Source of the DNA: an uncultured Candidatus Saccharibacteria bacterium
Lineage (GTDB): Bacteria; Patescibacteriota; Minisyncoccia; Phycocordibacterales; WO2-35-19
Reading direction: 5' to 3'
Length of the DNA: 33,339 bases
NCBI GenBank assembly: GCA_964558845.1
Contig: CAZLFM010000003.1
Span: forward strand, 1-33,339
Shown: in pieces, positions 15,357 through 25,021 of the stretch
How positions within the stretch are numbered: the stretch's first letter is position 1
Layout of the letters: every line of letters starts with the position of its first letter
Position numbers and translations under genes: made by a program
The notes under the pieces: generated by a model
Told to the model about the DNA's origin: nothing
The model's input: the letters and a program-made list of their open reading frames with translations, nothing else
The model's database searches: none

Positions 15357-16157
15357 CTAACGACTAATATCTAGTAAGACAGGGCAGTGGTCCGAACCCA
15401 AAACATCCGAAAGAATTTCGGATGTTTTGATTTGTGGCAAAAGTCTTTGACTGGCAAAGAAGTAGTCGATGCGCCAACCCACATTTCTTTCGCGTGAATT
15501 TCTCCACGGCGTCCACCAAGTATAAAAGCCTTTGCCTATGGGAGTGAAGTGGCGAAAGGTATCGATAAATCCGCTAGAAACCATTTTGTCCATGCCTACG
15601 CGTTCTTCTATGGTAAAGCCGTGTTCGCCTTCGTTTTCTTTTGGATTAGCCAAATCGTTTTCGGTATGAGCCACATTGAGGTCGCCACAAAAAATTACTG
15701 GCTTCACTCTGTCTAAATTTTTTACATATTCAAGAAAGGCTGGGTCCCACTGTCTGTAGCGCAAGGGTAGACGAGAGAGGTCGCCTTTAGAATTTGGAGT
15801 ATAAACACAGACAACATAAAATTCGGCAAATTCGGCCATAATTACTCGGCCCTCTTTGTTTGGGTCGCCATAACCGTCTTCAGCAAGTTTATATTTTGCA
15901 ACAAGCTCCTCGGGCAATCCTAGTTCTACTCTGAGAGGCTTCTGTTTGCAAAAAATCGCCGTCCCGCTATAACCGGCCTTTTCGGCACTGTTCCAATATT
16001 CTTCATATTCGGGCAAATCTACCTCGCTTTGATGCTCTTTGGCTTTGGTTTCTTGCAAACAAATAACATCCGGCTGATACTTCTCCATAAATGGTACAAA
16101 AAGCCCCTTATTGTGCACCGCCCTTATACCGTTTACGTTCCAGGATATGATTTTCAT
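15357..16157 (-). CDS. xth: Exodeoxyribonuclease III (AP endonuclease)
   Basis: 266 aa with MKIISWNVNGIRA, LQETK, GDLNVAH and SDHCPV. Confidence 0.95.
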   Translation of the reverse strand: MKIISWNVNGIRAVHNKGLFVPFMEKYQPDVICLQETKAKEHQSEVDLPEYEEYWNSAEKAGYSGTAIFCKQKPLRVELGLPEELVAKYKLAEDGYGDPNKEGRVIMAEFAEFYVVCVYTPNSKGDLSRLPLRYRQWDPAFLEYVKNLDRVKPVIFCGDLNVAHTENDLANPKENEGEHGFTIEERVGMDKMVSSGFIDTFRHFTPIGKGFYTWWTPWRNSRERNVGWRIDYFFASQRLLPQIKTSEILSDVLGSDHCPVLLDISR

Positions 16158-16177
16158 TTGTTTATTTTTTGTGGAGA

Positions 16178-16444
16178 TTATTTATACATATCATGGTCAT
16201 CGATGGTAAGGATTATGGCATGATCTTTTGATTTTGAAACCCACTTAAACATAATCCGTATTTTGTAAGTTATGGAAAAAGCGTATTTGTCTTTATATTT
16301 ACCTTTGAGTTTGTGAACTTTCAGAAATTGGTGATTCTTGGCATCTCTAAAAAGCTCGATTCTTTCAAAAGCTTCTTCTTGGATGTCAGGGTGCAATCGT
16401 CTAAGTTTGCGGAAAAATTCTCCTGTAAATCCAACCTTAATCAT
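16178..16444 (-). CDS. Type II toxin, RelE/ParE superfamily
   Basis: 88 aa from the ATG at 16444; the TTG at 16453 is the alternative. Pattern KVHKLKGKYKDKYAFSITYKIRIMF...ILTIDDHD. It overlaps the upstream antitoxin stop by 8 nt. Confidence 0.75.
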   Translation of the reverse strand: MIKVGFTGEFFRKLRRLHPDIQEEAFERIELFRDAKNHQFLKVHKLKGKYKDKYAFSITYKIRIMFKWVSKSKDHAIILTIDDHDMYK

Positions 16445-16667
16445 ATTTAGCAAACTTTTTTAACAACTTCCTTGGGTCACCATAAAGCACTTTTCCCTCG
16501 GCGATTTCTCTTTCTGCTCTTAATACAGAGGCGAATAATTCGTCTTCGGCAAGTAGATCAATAGCCTTACGAATAACCTCCGCTTTATTTGAAGCAAACC
16601 TTTGTTTAACCATGGAGTTTATAAACTCCTCTTGGCCAGCTTTTACTGGAACTGATATCGTAGTCAT
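16437..16667 (-). CDS. RHH (CopG/ParD-like) antitoxin
   Basis: 76 aa from the ATG at 16667. Beta-strand MTTISVPVKAGQEEFIN followed by the helices of a ribbon-helix-helix fold. Translationally coupled to the toxin. Confidence 0.7.
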   Translation of the reverse strand: MTTISVPVKAGQEEFINSMVKQRFASNKAEVIRKAIDLLAEDELFASVLRAEREIAEGKVLYGDPRKLLKKFAKYD

Positions 16668-16725
16668 GTTTGTATGATAAATTAATATTATAATATCATA
16701 CATTAACCAGATAATTATGCAAGCA

Positions 16726-17652
16726 CTAACCTCGTTTGTTATGGAATTTTTTGTGGATGTCGCGGAGGTGGCGGTCGGTCACGTGGGTGTAGATTTGAGT
16801 GGTGCCGATGTTGGCATGACCAAGGAGGGCTTGCACACTACGCAGGTCGGCGCCGTTGCCTAAAAGGTCGGTGGCGAAACAATGCCGGATAACGTGCGGA
16901 GTAACTTTTTTGGAAATACCGGCCTTGATAGCGTAGTGTTTGACGATTCTTTCGATTGAGCGCTTGGTCAGCGGGCCGATTTTGCCACGATTGGATTTGT
17001 TTTCGACATCGAGCTGGACAAAGAGCGCGTCGTCCAGGTCCTTTCTTTTATCTAAATATTCTTTAACCATCTTTTTGGCCGTGTCGGAAAGAAAAACCAC
17101 TCGCACCTTGCCACCCTTACCCCTGACCGAAAGTTCATCGGCTCGCAAATTTATATCGCGAGTCAGGGCACAGAGCTCGGAAACACGCAAACCAGTAGAG
17201 AAGAGTAGGTGGAGTATGGCCCTGTCGCGCATCGCTTTGAGCTCACCCCCCTTAGGTGCATCGAGCAGAGCCTCTAATTCTTCGGTCGTAATCAAATCCA
17301 GCGAGCGTTCGGGAGTTTTGGCTAGTTCTATTCTTTCGGCCGGCAGAGTTTTGACTTCTTGCCGAGTCATATACTTTAGAAAGGCTCGCAAGGCTATAAG
17401 ATAGTAGTTTTGGGTTTTGCGCGAGAGCGATGCGCCTGTCTTTTTGTTGTTGCCCGAGACTTGGCGGTTGAGCCAGAGGCGATACTCCCTCACACTCGTA
17501 TCAGTAATCGCTTCGGGGCTTTGGTCTTTCAAAAACACCAGAAAGCGCGTCAAATAACGGTCATAATTCTCTATCGTGTTGAGAGAACGACCTTTTTCGA
17601 TCTCTACATATTCCAAAAACTGGCGTTTGAGCTGATCTAGGGTTTGCGACAT
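16726..17652 (-). CDS. xerC: Tyrosine site-specific recombinase (XerC/XerD family)
   Basis: 308 aa. SAM-like N-domain, catalytic TGLRVSE, HVIRHCFAT and LLGHANIGTTQIYTHV. Confidence 0.9.
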   Translation of the reverse strand: MSQTLDQLKRQFLEYVEIEKGRSLNTIENYDRYLTRFLVFLKDQSPEAITDTSVREYRLWLNRQVSGNNKKTGASLSRKTQNYYLIALRAFLKYMTRQEVKTLPAERIELAKTPERSLDLITTEELEALLDAPKGGELKAMRDRAILHLLFSTGLRVSELCALTRDINLRADELSVRGKGGKVRVVFLSDTAKKMVKEYLDKRKDLDDALFVQLDVENKSNRGKIGPLTKRSIERIVKHYAIKAGISKKVTPHVIRHCFATDLLGNGADLRSVQALLGHANIGTTQIYTHVTDRHLRDIHKKFHNKRG

Positions 17653-17749
17653 AAAAATACCTCACCATTGTACCATATTGTGCGACACGGGGGGTTAATT
17701 AAAGGTTTTGTGTCTTTCTTTTTGTGGAAATTTTGAGTAATATGCATTT

Positions 17750-18277
17750 ATGAAGGAGGTTAATAACGTCGCATACATTGACGGAGCAAACTTGCACAGA
17801 GGCGTCAAAAGCATGGGTTGGAAATTAGATTACACAAGGTTTCGCGTTTGGCTTAAAGATAAATACAAAATAGAAAGAGCTTATATTTTTATAGGCCTAA
17901 TTCCAGCTTACAAAGACCTGTACAAGTATCTTCAAGAGTCTGGTTTTATCCTAGTTTATAAAGAAGTCATTTATGATGACTCGGGAAAACCGAAAGGAAA
18001 TTGCGATGCAGATTTGGTATTACAGGTTGTGGTAGATTCCTATGAGAATAAATTTGATAAAGCCATTATAGTCGCGAGTGACGGAGATTATGCAGGGCTA
18101 GTTAAATTTTTGCTAGAGAAAAATAAATTTGAAGTAATTTTATCACCACATCCAAAGGATAAGTGTTCGGTCTTACTTAAAAGAATTGGGACAAAAATAT
18201 CTTACATAAATGATCAACGGTCCTTACTAGAACTTAGTATAAAAGAAAAAGCCCCCGATGGAGACAGAACTCCATAA
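17750..18277 (+). CDS. LabA/NYN-domain protein (putative RNase), paralog 1
   Basis: 175 aa with AYIDGANL, CDADLVLQ and ASDGDYAGLV acidic motifs of the NYN/DUF88 fold. The gene is visibly AT-rich. Confidence 0.75.
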   Translation: MKEVNNVAYIDGANLHRGVKSMGWKLDYTRFRVWLKDKYKIERAYIFIGLIPAYKDLYKYLQESGFILVYKEVIYDDSGKPKGNCDADLVLQVVVDSYENKFDKAIIVASDGDYAGLVKFLLEKNKFEVILSPHPKDKCSVLLKRIGTKISYINDQRSLLELSIKEKAPDGDRTP

Positions 18278-18336
18278 GGGTCTTTTTCGTGGGTATTAAG
18301 ACCAGTATAGCAAAATTAGAATTAAAAATCAATAAC

Positions 18337-18585
18337 TCAAGTGGGGATATAAAATAACATGTCTTTACCAATTTTATACATAATGTGCGGAGTTGGATTT
18401 TGAGCTCGCGAACAAGCCCGCCACTCTGAGTTCCAAACATAGGAAAGTTGTATGTTTTTCTGATCCAACATGTTTATCCCCCAATGAATAAATTTTTTCC
18501 AGAATCTCAATCCGCAATCAAACTTCGATTGCAATCTGAGAACTGGAGCCCATCTTACGATGAGCCCGCTTGCCATACCGGACAA
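18337..18585 (-). CDS. Hypothetical Trp-rich small protein (doubtful)
   Basis: Open frame only, with a TTG start (ATG at codon 4) and no recognisable motif. It lies downstream of 18630-18998 on the same strand. Confidence 0.2.
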   Translation of the reverse strand: MSGMASGLIVRWAPVLRLQSKFDCGLRFWKKFIHWGINMLDQKNIQLSYVWNSEWRACSRAQNPTPHIMYKIGKDMLFYIPT

Positions 18586-18629
18586 GCTCGGTTGAACTGA
18601 CCCAAAAATTAAATGGAGCTTAGAGATCC

Positions 18630-18998
18630 TTAGAGATCACGGCCGATTATCATACCCGCCCGAACGAGCTGCTCGGGATGATTAACGAGCCACCGCTTTA
18701 CCCACGGGTGAAAGAAGATCTTCCGATCTTCGAACCATGATTCCTTTATGCTCCCATGCTCATCGATATATCGGGTAAGTACAGCTAGCCGTACCTCGCC
18801 AAGATTTCTCTCGAGAGCCAGAGCAAAGAAGCATGGTTCAATTGCTTTTCGAGGGGAGGTCGCCAGAGCAACTACTCGAAAAAGTCTCTGGGTGCGGTAA
18901 GTTAGAACCTTTTGCACCTCATCCAACATCGTAAATTCCAAGGGCTTCATACCCTTATAATCAGAGATGTATCTTTCAAAGGTCATTTCGACCTCCAT
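18630..18998 (-). CDS. Hypothetical protein, 122 aa
   Basis: Clean ORF with an ATG start. I recognise no domain. Confidence 0.5.
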   Translation of the reverse strand: MEVEMTFERYISDYKGMKPLEFTMLDEVQKVLTYRTQRLFRVVALATSPRKAIEPCFFALALERNLGEVRLAVLTRYIDEHGSIKESWFEDRKIFFHPWVKRWLVNHPEQLVRAGMIIGRDL

Positions 18999-19124
18999 GT
19001 CTCACCGGTTTGTTTTTGCCCATCCAGCAAGCGAAACAAGGGCGTGTTATTTCTAGGCACAGAATAGCAAATTACACATCAAAAGTCAAGGGGTGTAAAG
19101 TGAGGAGTGGCCTTACGCGGTTTG

Positions 19125-19153
19125 TTGCAAAAGATGAGGGTTTGTGCTAGTAT
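19125..19153 (+). promoter_or_regulatory. Candidate rpsO promoter (extended -10)
   Basis: TTGCAA (19125-19130), a 17-nt spacer, then TGcTAGTAT (-10 at 19148-19153). The rpsO ATG is at 19160, only 6 nt past the -10. Confidence 0.4.
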
Positions 19154-19159
19154 TGCCGT

Positions 19160-19426
19160 ATGCTTACCAAGAATAAAAAGCAAAGAATTATAAAGGAAGT
19201 GAAGATTCACGACACCGATACCGGCAGCCCCGAGGTTCAGGTGGCCGTTTTGTCGCGCCGAATAGACGATTTGGCCGAACATTTGAAAAAGAACAAGAAA
19301 GACAAGCACTCGCGCCGAGGCCTTTTGGGTCTGGTGGCCGATAGAAAAGCTCATCTTAAGTATTTGGAAAAGAAAGACACGAAGAGATACAACGCTCTTA
19401 TAAAAAAGCTCGGGCTCAAAAAATAG
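19160..19426 (+). CDS. rpsO: 30S ribosomal protein S15
   Basis: 88 aa with DTGSPEVQVAVLSRRIDDLAEHLKKNKKDKHSRRGLL.LV..R...L.YL. Confidence 0.95.
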   Translation: MLTKNKKQRIIKEVKIHDTDTGSPEVQVAVLSRRIDDLAEHLKKNKKDKHSRRGLLGLVADRKAHLKYLEKKDTKRYNALIKKLGLKK

Positions 19427-19531
19427 CCAACTCCTACTATTTTATAAATTTGGCATTTCTTTTTTTGCTTTTATTGTTTTAGAATGAATAACAGAGTTTC
19501 TTGGATTAAGTTTTAATATTAATTTTTTATC

Positions 19532-20062
19532 ATGTCAGTAATAAAGCACTCCGAACAAAGAGTCGGAATTTTTATAGATACACAAAATCTCTATCACAGC
19601 GCAAAAAATATTTACAAAGCCCGAGTCAATTTTGGCAGTGTCCTCAAAGAGGCGCTCGGCAACAGAGTTTTGATTAGAGCCATAGCCTACGTCATCACCA
19701 CAGAGAGTGGGGAAGAGCGAGGGTTTTTCGACGCCCTAAATAAACTAGGTATAGAAACAAAAACCAAGGACCTACAAATTTTTGCCGGTGGCGCCAAGAA
19801 AGGAGATTGGGATGTTGGGCTGGCCGTAGACGCAATCAAATTTGCCCCGAAGCTCGATGTTGCAGTTATTGTAGCCGGAGACGGCGACTTTGTGCCATTA
19901 GTCGAATATCTAAAATCAGAAGGTTGCCAAGTTGAAGTAGTATCGTTTGGTAAATCAACTTCCGCAAGATTAATTGAAGTGGCCGACGATTTTCTCGACC
20001 TCGACCAAAACCCACGTAAATATTTGCTCGGTAATTCTAGAACAAGGAACAATTCTTTATAA
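19532..20062 (+). CDS. LabA/NYN-domain protein (putative RNase), paralog 2
   Basis: 176 aa with GIFIDTQNL, GDWDVGLAVD and AGDGDFVPLVEYL. Confidence 0.8.
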   Translation: MSVIKHSEQRVGIFIDTQNLYHSAKNIYKARVNFGSVLKEALGNRVLIRAIAYVITTESGEERGFFDALNKLGIETKTKDLQIFAGGAKKGDWDVGLAVDAIKFAPKLDVAVIVAGDGDFVPLVEYLKSEGCQVEVVSFGKSTSARLIEVADDFLDLDQNPRKYLLGNSRTRNNSL

Positions 20063-20106
20063 TTTTTTATTTTTATTTGCTATAATAAATCTTCAACTGC
20101 AAATTT

Positions 20107-21861
20107 ATGCACGTAGAAGATTCACAAATTAGAGATTTTATTATCGACGCTGGGCTAGCTTCGCGCGCCGAAATAGAAGAAGCCGAAAAAGAGGCGAGCC
20201 AAAAAAAGCGCCCGCTCGGCGAAACACTTGTATCCAAGGGCAAGTTTTCTGAAGACGATTTGCGCCGAATGCAGGCCTATATACTTGGTATTCCTTTTGT
20301 CAATTTGAAAGGCCAAAAGCTCAACCACGATATTTTGACATTGATTCCAGAGCCAATCGCCCGCAAACACAACATCATTGCCTTTGAAAAAAAGGATGAT
20401 TCGCTCGAAGTTGCAATGCTCGACACCGACGACCTGCAAGCCTTGAACTCAATAAAGAAAAAGGTCGGGGGCAAGATTTTGCCGAGACTGACTGATTCAG
20501 AATCGATGCGTTATGCCCTGCTTCAGTATCAGAAAAATTTGCAAGATGAATTCGGCGACCTAATCAAGACCGATTCGGCAGAAATAAAAGCCATCGCCGA
20601 AAAGATGCCCGGGGAAGAAGAAGCTTCCGAAAGCGATCTCAAAAAATTAGCCGAAGAATTGCCTGTGGTTAGAATTGTCGACACGCTTTTGAAGCACGCG
20701 ATTATTCAAAATGCTTCTGATATTCACATCGAGCCTCTGGAAGAACAAATCGTGGTCAGATACCGCGTGGACGGGCTTTTGCACGATGCGATGGTTTTGC
20801 CCAAACACATTGGACCATCGCTGACCGCTAGAATAAAAGTGCTTTCGAGTCTGAAGCTCGATGAAAAGCGCTTGCCCCAAGACGGCCGTTTCAAAATCGA
20901 TATGAATGGAGAAAGGGTTTCTTTTCGTGTTTCTACCTTGCCGGTCTACTATGGCGAGAAGACCGTGATGCGTCTTTTGCGCGAATCGGTTTCCGGTTTT
21001 ACCCTCGAATCGCTTGGTTTTCATGGAGCGGGTTTGGACATTTTGCACAAAGCTTTGCAACACACAACTGGTATGGTGCTCACAACCGGTCCGACTGGTA
21101 GCGGTAAATCCACCACTCTTTACACTATGCTAGATATTCTAAACACGCCCGATGTCAACATTTCTACAATCGAAGATCCGGTCGAATACCAAATGAAGCG
21201 AGTCAACCAAACTCAGGTCAAACCCGAAATTGGTCTAACTTTTGCCAACGGTCTTCGCACTCTTGTGCGCCAAGACCCAGACATAATAATGGTCGGTGAA
21301 ATTCGCGATGGCGAAACAGCTTCTCTCGCCATCAACGCCTCACTGACCGGACACTTGGTGCTGTCGACCCTGCACACCAATTCAGCAGCCGGAGCAATAC
21401 CACGTCTGATTGATATGAAAGTCGAACCATTTCTACTTATCTCTACTCTCGACGCCATCATCGGCCAAAGATTGGTGCGCAAACTTTCCGACAAAAGAGA
21501 AAAATACAAACTTTCAAAGCCCGAGATAGAATCAATCTCTAAGGCGGTAAATATGGATGTGGTGCTAAATGCGCTCCGAGAAGAAAAGATAATCGGCAAG
21601 GGGGACGGTTGGGAAGACATCGAATTTTGCAGACCACAAAAAGATGCCGGCGAAGAGGGTTTCAAAGGCCGAATCGGAATTTATGAAGTATTGAATGTCT
21701 CTTCGACAATAAAAGATATAATTATAAAGGGTGGGACAACCGAAGACATCGAACTCCAGGCCAAAAAAGAGGGCATGCTTACAATGCTCGAGGATGGACT
21801 TTTCAAGGCGGCTCAAGGTATGACCACAATCGAAGAAGTTTTGCGCGTCGTCTCGGAATAA
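20107..21861 (+). CDS. pilB: Type IV pilus assembly ATPase PilB (GspE family)
   Basis: 584 aa. N-terminal T2SSE_N-like domain, Walker A GPTGSGKST, Asp box, Walker B IIMVGEIRD and His box LVLSTLHTN. Confidence 0.93.
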   Translation: MHVEDSQIRDFIIDAGLASRAEIEEAEKEASQKKRPLGETLVSKGKFSEDDLRRMQAYILGIPFVNLKGQKLNHDILTLIPEPIARKHNIIAFEKKDDSLEVAMLDTDDLQALNSIKKKVGGKILPRLTDSESMRYALLQYQKNLQDEFGDLIKTDSAEIKAIAEKMPGEEEASESDLKKLAEELPVVRIVDTLLKHAIIQNASDIHIEPLEEQIVVRYRVDGLLHDAMVLPKHIGPSLTARIKVLSSLKLDEKRLPQDGRFKIDMNGERVSFRVSTLPVYYGEKTVMRLLRESVSGFTLESLGFHGAGLDILHKALQHTTGMVLTTGPTGSGKSTTLYTMLDILNTPDVNISTIEDPVEYQMKRVNQTQVKPEIGLTFANGLRTLVRQDPDIIMVGEIRDGETASLAINASLTGHLVLSTLHTNSAAGAIPRLIDMKVEPFLLISTLDAIIGQRLVRKLSDKREKYKLSKPEIESISKAVNMDVVLNALREEKIIGKGDGWEDIEFCRPQKDAGEEGFKGRIGIYEVLNVSSTIKDIIIKGGTTEDIELQAKKEGMLTMLEDGLFKAAQGMTTIEEVLRVVSE

Positions 21862-21956
21862 TTCTATTTTATAAACATTTTTTATAAATATTTTTTTTGT
21901 AGCTGATATAATTAGTAGGCGGAGTTTTTTGTTTTATACTTGAAAATTTTATTGAG

Positions 21957-23165
21957 ATGCCACTTTATAAATTCAAAACCATAAATAGCGAGGGCAAGGA
22001 GATTGAAGATACAAAAGAATTTCCCGACAAAGGCTCTTTGTATGCCTTTGTGCGCCGAACCGGCGACACCATAGTCTCTGCCGAAGAGACGAGTGGCAAG
22101 AAGAGTAAAATAAAATTCTTCTCATTAGCAAGAAAAATCAAACCAACCGAGCTGATAACCTTCGCCAACAATTTGGCGGTAATGACCGAGGCCGGACTTG
22201 CGGTCTCAAGAGCTCTGGCCATAATGATCAAGCAGGCCAAAAACAAACGCTTTATTGCTATTTTGGAAGACATAAGCGCTTCGATCAACCAAGGCGAGAC
22301 TCTCTCGCGAGCCCTCGAAAAACACAGCGACGTATTTTCAAACATCTTTATTTCTATGGTGGCCGCTGGCGAAGAATCGGGCAAATTGGCTTATTCGTTA
22401 CGAACAATTGCCGCCCAACTTGAAAAATCCAACACTCTAACCAAAAAGATAAAGGGCGCGATGATTTATCCTTCGGTTATTATTTCTTTGATGGTCGTAA
22501 TCGGCATTGTCCTTATGGTTTATATGGTGCCGACCCTGACTGCAACTTTTCTCGGGCTCAATATAGAATTACCACTACCAACCAGGATTATTATCGCGAT
22601 CAGCGACTTTATGCGAGAAAATATTATTTTGGTTATTCTCGGACTCGCCGCTTTAATATTTGGAATAATTACTTTCTTAAAAACACAGCGAGGCGCTCGT
22701 CTTTCTGATTGGGCCGTGCTTCATATGCCAATCTTCGGCACCATGTCTAAAGAACTAAACGCCGCCAGAACCACGCGCACCCTGGCTTCGTTGGTTTCAT
22801 CTGGAGTGGATATAGTCGAGGCCTTATCAATAACCAGCAACGTCTTACAAAATTCTTATTTCAAAGAGGTTGTGAACGAATCAGCAAAAAAAGTCGAAGT
22901 CGGAGAACTACTTTCGACGACTCTGAGCAACAATCTCTATCCAATATTTGTGAGCGAAATGCTTTCGGTTGGTGAAGAGACGGGCAAAATGACCGATATG
23001 CTAAACAATGTCGCCACTTATTACGAAGGCGAAATCGACCAAAAAACCAAAGACCTCTCTACCATCATAGAACCATTCTTGATGATTCTAATCGGTATTG
23101 CTGTTGGTGCCTTTGCAATAGCAATGCTTCTGCCTACATATTCTTTGGTTGATGCAATACAATAA
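21957..23165 (+). CDS. pilC: Type IV pilus platform protein PilC (GspF family)
   Basis: 402 aa with two GspF repeats and three TM segments. Conserved ...GE.SG.L...L blocks are present (AAGEESGKLAYSL, VGEETGKMTDML). Confidence 0.92.
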   Translation: MPLYKFKTINSEGKEIEDTKEFPDKGSLYAFVRRTGDTIVSAEETSGKKSKIKFFSLARKIKPTELITFANNLAVMTEAGLAVSRALAIMIKQAKNKRFIAILEDISASINQGETLSRALEKHSDVFSNIFISMVAAGEESGKLAYSLRTIAAQLEKSNTLTKKIKGAMIYPSVIISLMVVIGIVLMVYMVPTLTATFLGLNIELPLPTRIIIAISDFMRENIILVILGLAALIFGIITFLKTQRGARLSDWAVLHMPIFGTMSKELNAARTTRTLASLVSSGVDIVEALSITSNVLQNSYFKEVVNESAKKVEVGELLSTTLSNNLYPIFVSEMLSVGEETGKMTDMLNNVATYYEGEIDQKTKDLSTIIEPFLMILIGIAVGAFAIAMLLPTYSLVDAIQ

Positions 23166-23183
23166 AGACGTCAGGGGTTTTGA

Positions 23184-23226
23184 AAATTGAAACATTGAAA
23201 ATTTAATGAAAATTGAAAATTATAAA
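23184..23226 (+). repeat. AT-rich 43-nt heptad-like repeat spanning the pseudopilin start codon
   Basis: Partner of 10880-10922 (40 of 43 identical). Locally it is a run of TTGAAAA-like units from about 23180 to 23236. Confidence 0.8.
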
Positions 23227-25017
23227 TTGAAAATTGCATCTCGGGGTTTTTCTTTGGTTGAAGTTATATTTAGCGCGGCCATCTTTGCAATTATTGCCGT
23301 ATCGGTTTATAGCGGATACGCAAATTTGACTAGACTGATTTCGGCTTCAAGAGACAAGGTGATTGGAGCCGACTTACTAAACGAACAATTCGAAATTGTT
23401 CGCAACCTGCCATACCAAAATATTGGTCTCTTACAAGGCATTCCCTCAGGTGTGCTTTCTGCGACTTCGACAATAACAAGAGATGGTAGAAGCTTTTTTG
23501 TAACCAGAACAGTGCGCAACATCGACAATCCTTTTGACGGCACACTTGGGGGCAACCCAAACGATTTGTCTCCGGCCGACTACAAATTAGTAGAAGTATC
23601 GATTGTTTGCGATTCTTGTAGAAATTTCTCCGAAATGAACGCCTCTTCTTATTTTGCACCCAAAAACCTCGAAACAGCCTCGACCAACGGCGCCCTCTTC
23701 ATAAGAGTTTTCGACGCCAACGGTATACCAGTTCCTCAAGCCGAAATCGAAATTACCAACAGTAGCGCCGGTATTTATATCGAAGAAACAACCGACAACA
23801 ACGGCAGTCTACAAATAGTCGACGCTCCGCCTGGTATCAATGCCTATCGCATAATAGCGAGCAAACCAGGGTATACAACCGATCGCACATATCCAGCTTC
23901 GGTATCAAACCCAAACCCAGTCAAACCCGACGCCACCGTACTACTACAACAAGTGACCCAAATATCTTTTATTATCGATAAAGTTAGCACCATAAATGTA
24001 TTTTCTAAAAATTTACAATGCGGCATAGTTGGAAATACACCATTCAATATAGCTGGGGCAAAACTTATTGGCACCAATCCAAATGTAATAAAGTACAGTG
24101 GAAGCTTTAGCACCGATGCTGCTGGCCAGAAAACTTTGAACAATATCGAGTGGGACACATTTGTACTGACTCCGGGCGGCACCGAAAATTTGATTGGTAT
24201 AAATCCAGCTTCTCCATTTTCGGTTTTGCCCGATTCGGTCCAAAACGTGGATATGATTTTTGGCGCTGGTGCTCCAAACAACTTGCTCGTTACGGTCAAA
24301 GACGGGGCAACTGGTCTACCTCTATCCGAAGTTCAGCTGACCTTAACCCAGGGATCATTTGTAGCAAACCAGGTTACCGGCAGGGGATATATGGAACAAA
24401 CGGACTGGTCGGGCGGGGCCGGACAGACAAATTATACGAACGACACAATGTATTATTCAGATGATGGCAACATCGACACCTTGTCACCAGATGGAGAATT
24501 AAAACTCAAAAAAATACTCGGGGATTATGCATTATCTGGGTCTCTAACCTCATCAATTTTTGACACCGGCACATCCTCAAATTTCACCAACATCGTCTGG
24601 TCTCCAACCGACCAACCTCCACAGACTGGGAGCAACAGCGTCCGATTCCAGATTGCAACGTCCCCAGACAACACCGCAACCACGACTTGGCAATACTTTG
24701 GTCCAGATGGAACCTCAAGCACCTTCTTTGATGTATCCAACAACAACATAAACCCGATTCATAACGGTCATAGATATTTTAGATACAAGATATTTTTGAG
24801 CACTCTAGCAACCAACAAAACACCAAACATCGCCAGTGTCGCTGCGACTTACACATCGGATTGTATTCCTTCTGGGCAATCCTTATTCTCGACCCTTTCA
24901 CACGGCAACCACCGTTTGTTATTGCAGAAGACCGGATACCAGACGCAAGAATTTGATGTAAACATAATCACCAACGACGAATGGCAGAGTGTGGACGCAA
25001 ATATGTTGCCCGAATAA
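23206..25017 (+). CDS. Large prepilin-like protein (603 aa) with carboxypeptidase-regulatory-like beta-sandwich domain(s)
   Basis: Leader MKIENYKLKIASRG/FSLVEVIFSAAIFAIIAV (G-1, F+1, E+5). Internal IRVFDANGIPV...ETTDNNGSLQI...YRIIASKPGYTT resembles CarboxypepD_reg. The C-terminal LLLQKTGYQTQEFDV suggests a second copy. Confidence 0.75.
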   Translation: MKIENYKLKIASRGFSLVEVIFSAAIFAIIAVSVYSGYANLTRLISASRDKVIGADLLNEQFEIVRNLPYQNIGLLQGIPSGVLSATSTITRDGRSFFVTRTVRNIDNPFDGTLGGNPNDLSPADYKLVEVSIVCDSCRNFSEMNASSYFAPKNLETASTNGALFIRVFDANGIPVPQAEIEITNSSAGIYIEETTDNNGSLQIVDAPPGINAYRIIASKPGYTTDRTYPASVSNPNPVKPDATVLLQQVTQISFIIDKVSTINVFSKNLQCGIVGNTPFNIAGAKLIGTNPNVIKYSGSFSTDAAGQKTLNNIEWDTFVLTPGGTENLIGINPASPFSVLPDSVQNVDMIFGAGAPNNLLVTVKDGATGLPLSEVQLTLTQGSFVANQVTGRGYMEQTDWSGGAGQTNYTNDTMYYSDDGNIDTLSPDGELKLKKILGDYALSGSLTSSIFDTGTSSNFTNIVWSPTDQPPQTGSNSVRFQIATSPDNTATTTWQYFGPDGTSSTFFDVSNNNINPIHNGHRYFRYKIFLSTLATNKTPNIASVAATYTSDCIPSGQSLFSTLSHGNHRLLLQKTGYQTQEFDVNIITNDEWQSVDANMLPE

Positions 25018-25021
25018 TCTT

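Noticed and set aside
18365-18395. Possible dif-like Xer site (TTTACCAATTTTATACATAATGTGCGGAG) near the recombinase
   Set aside because: It resembles the E. coli dif arms at only about 6 of 11 positions per arm. The arms are not convincingly palindromic. This is too weak to call without a lineage-specific dif model.
23178-23236. Phase variation by slippage of the TTGAAAA heptad tract over the pseudopilin start
   Set aside because: Only two perfect tandem units are present (23207-23220) and the rest are degenerate. That is too few for efficient slipped-strand mispairing. It is noted only as low-complexity repeat structure.
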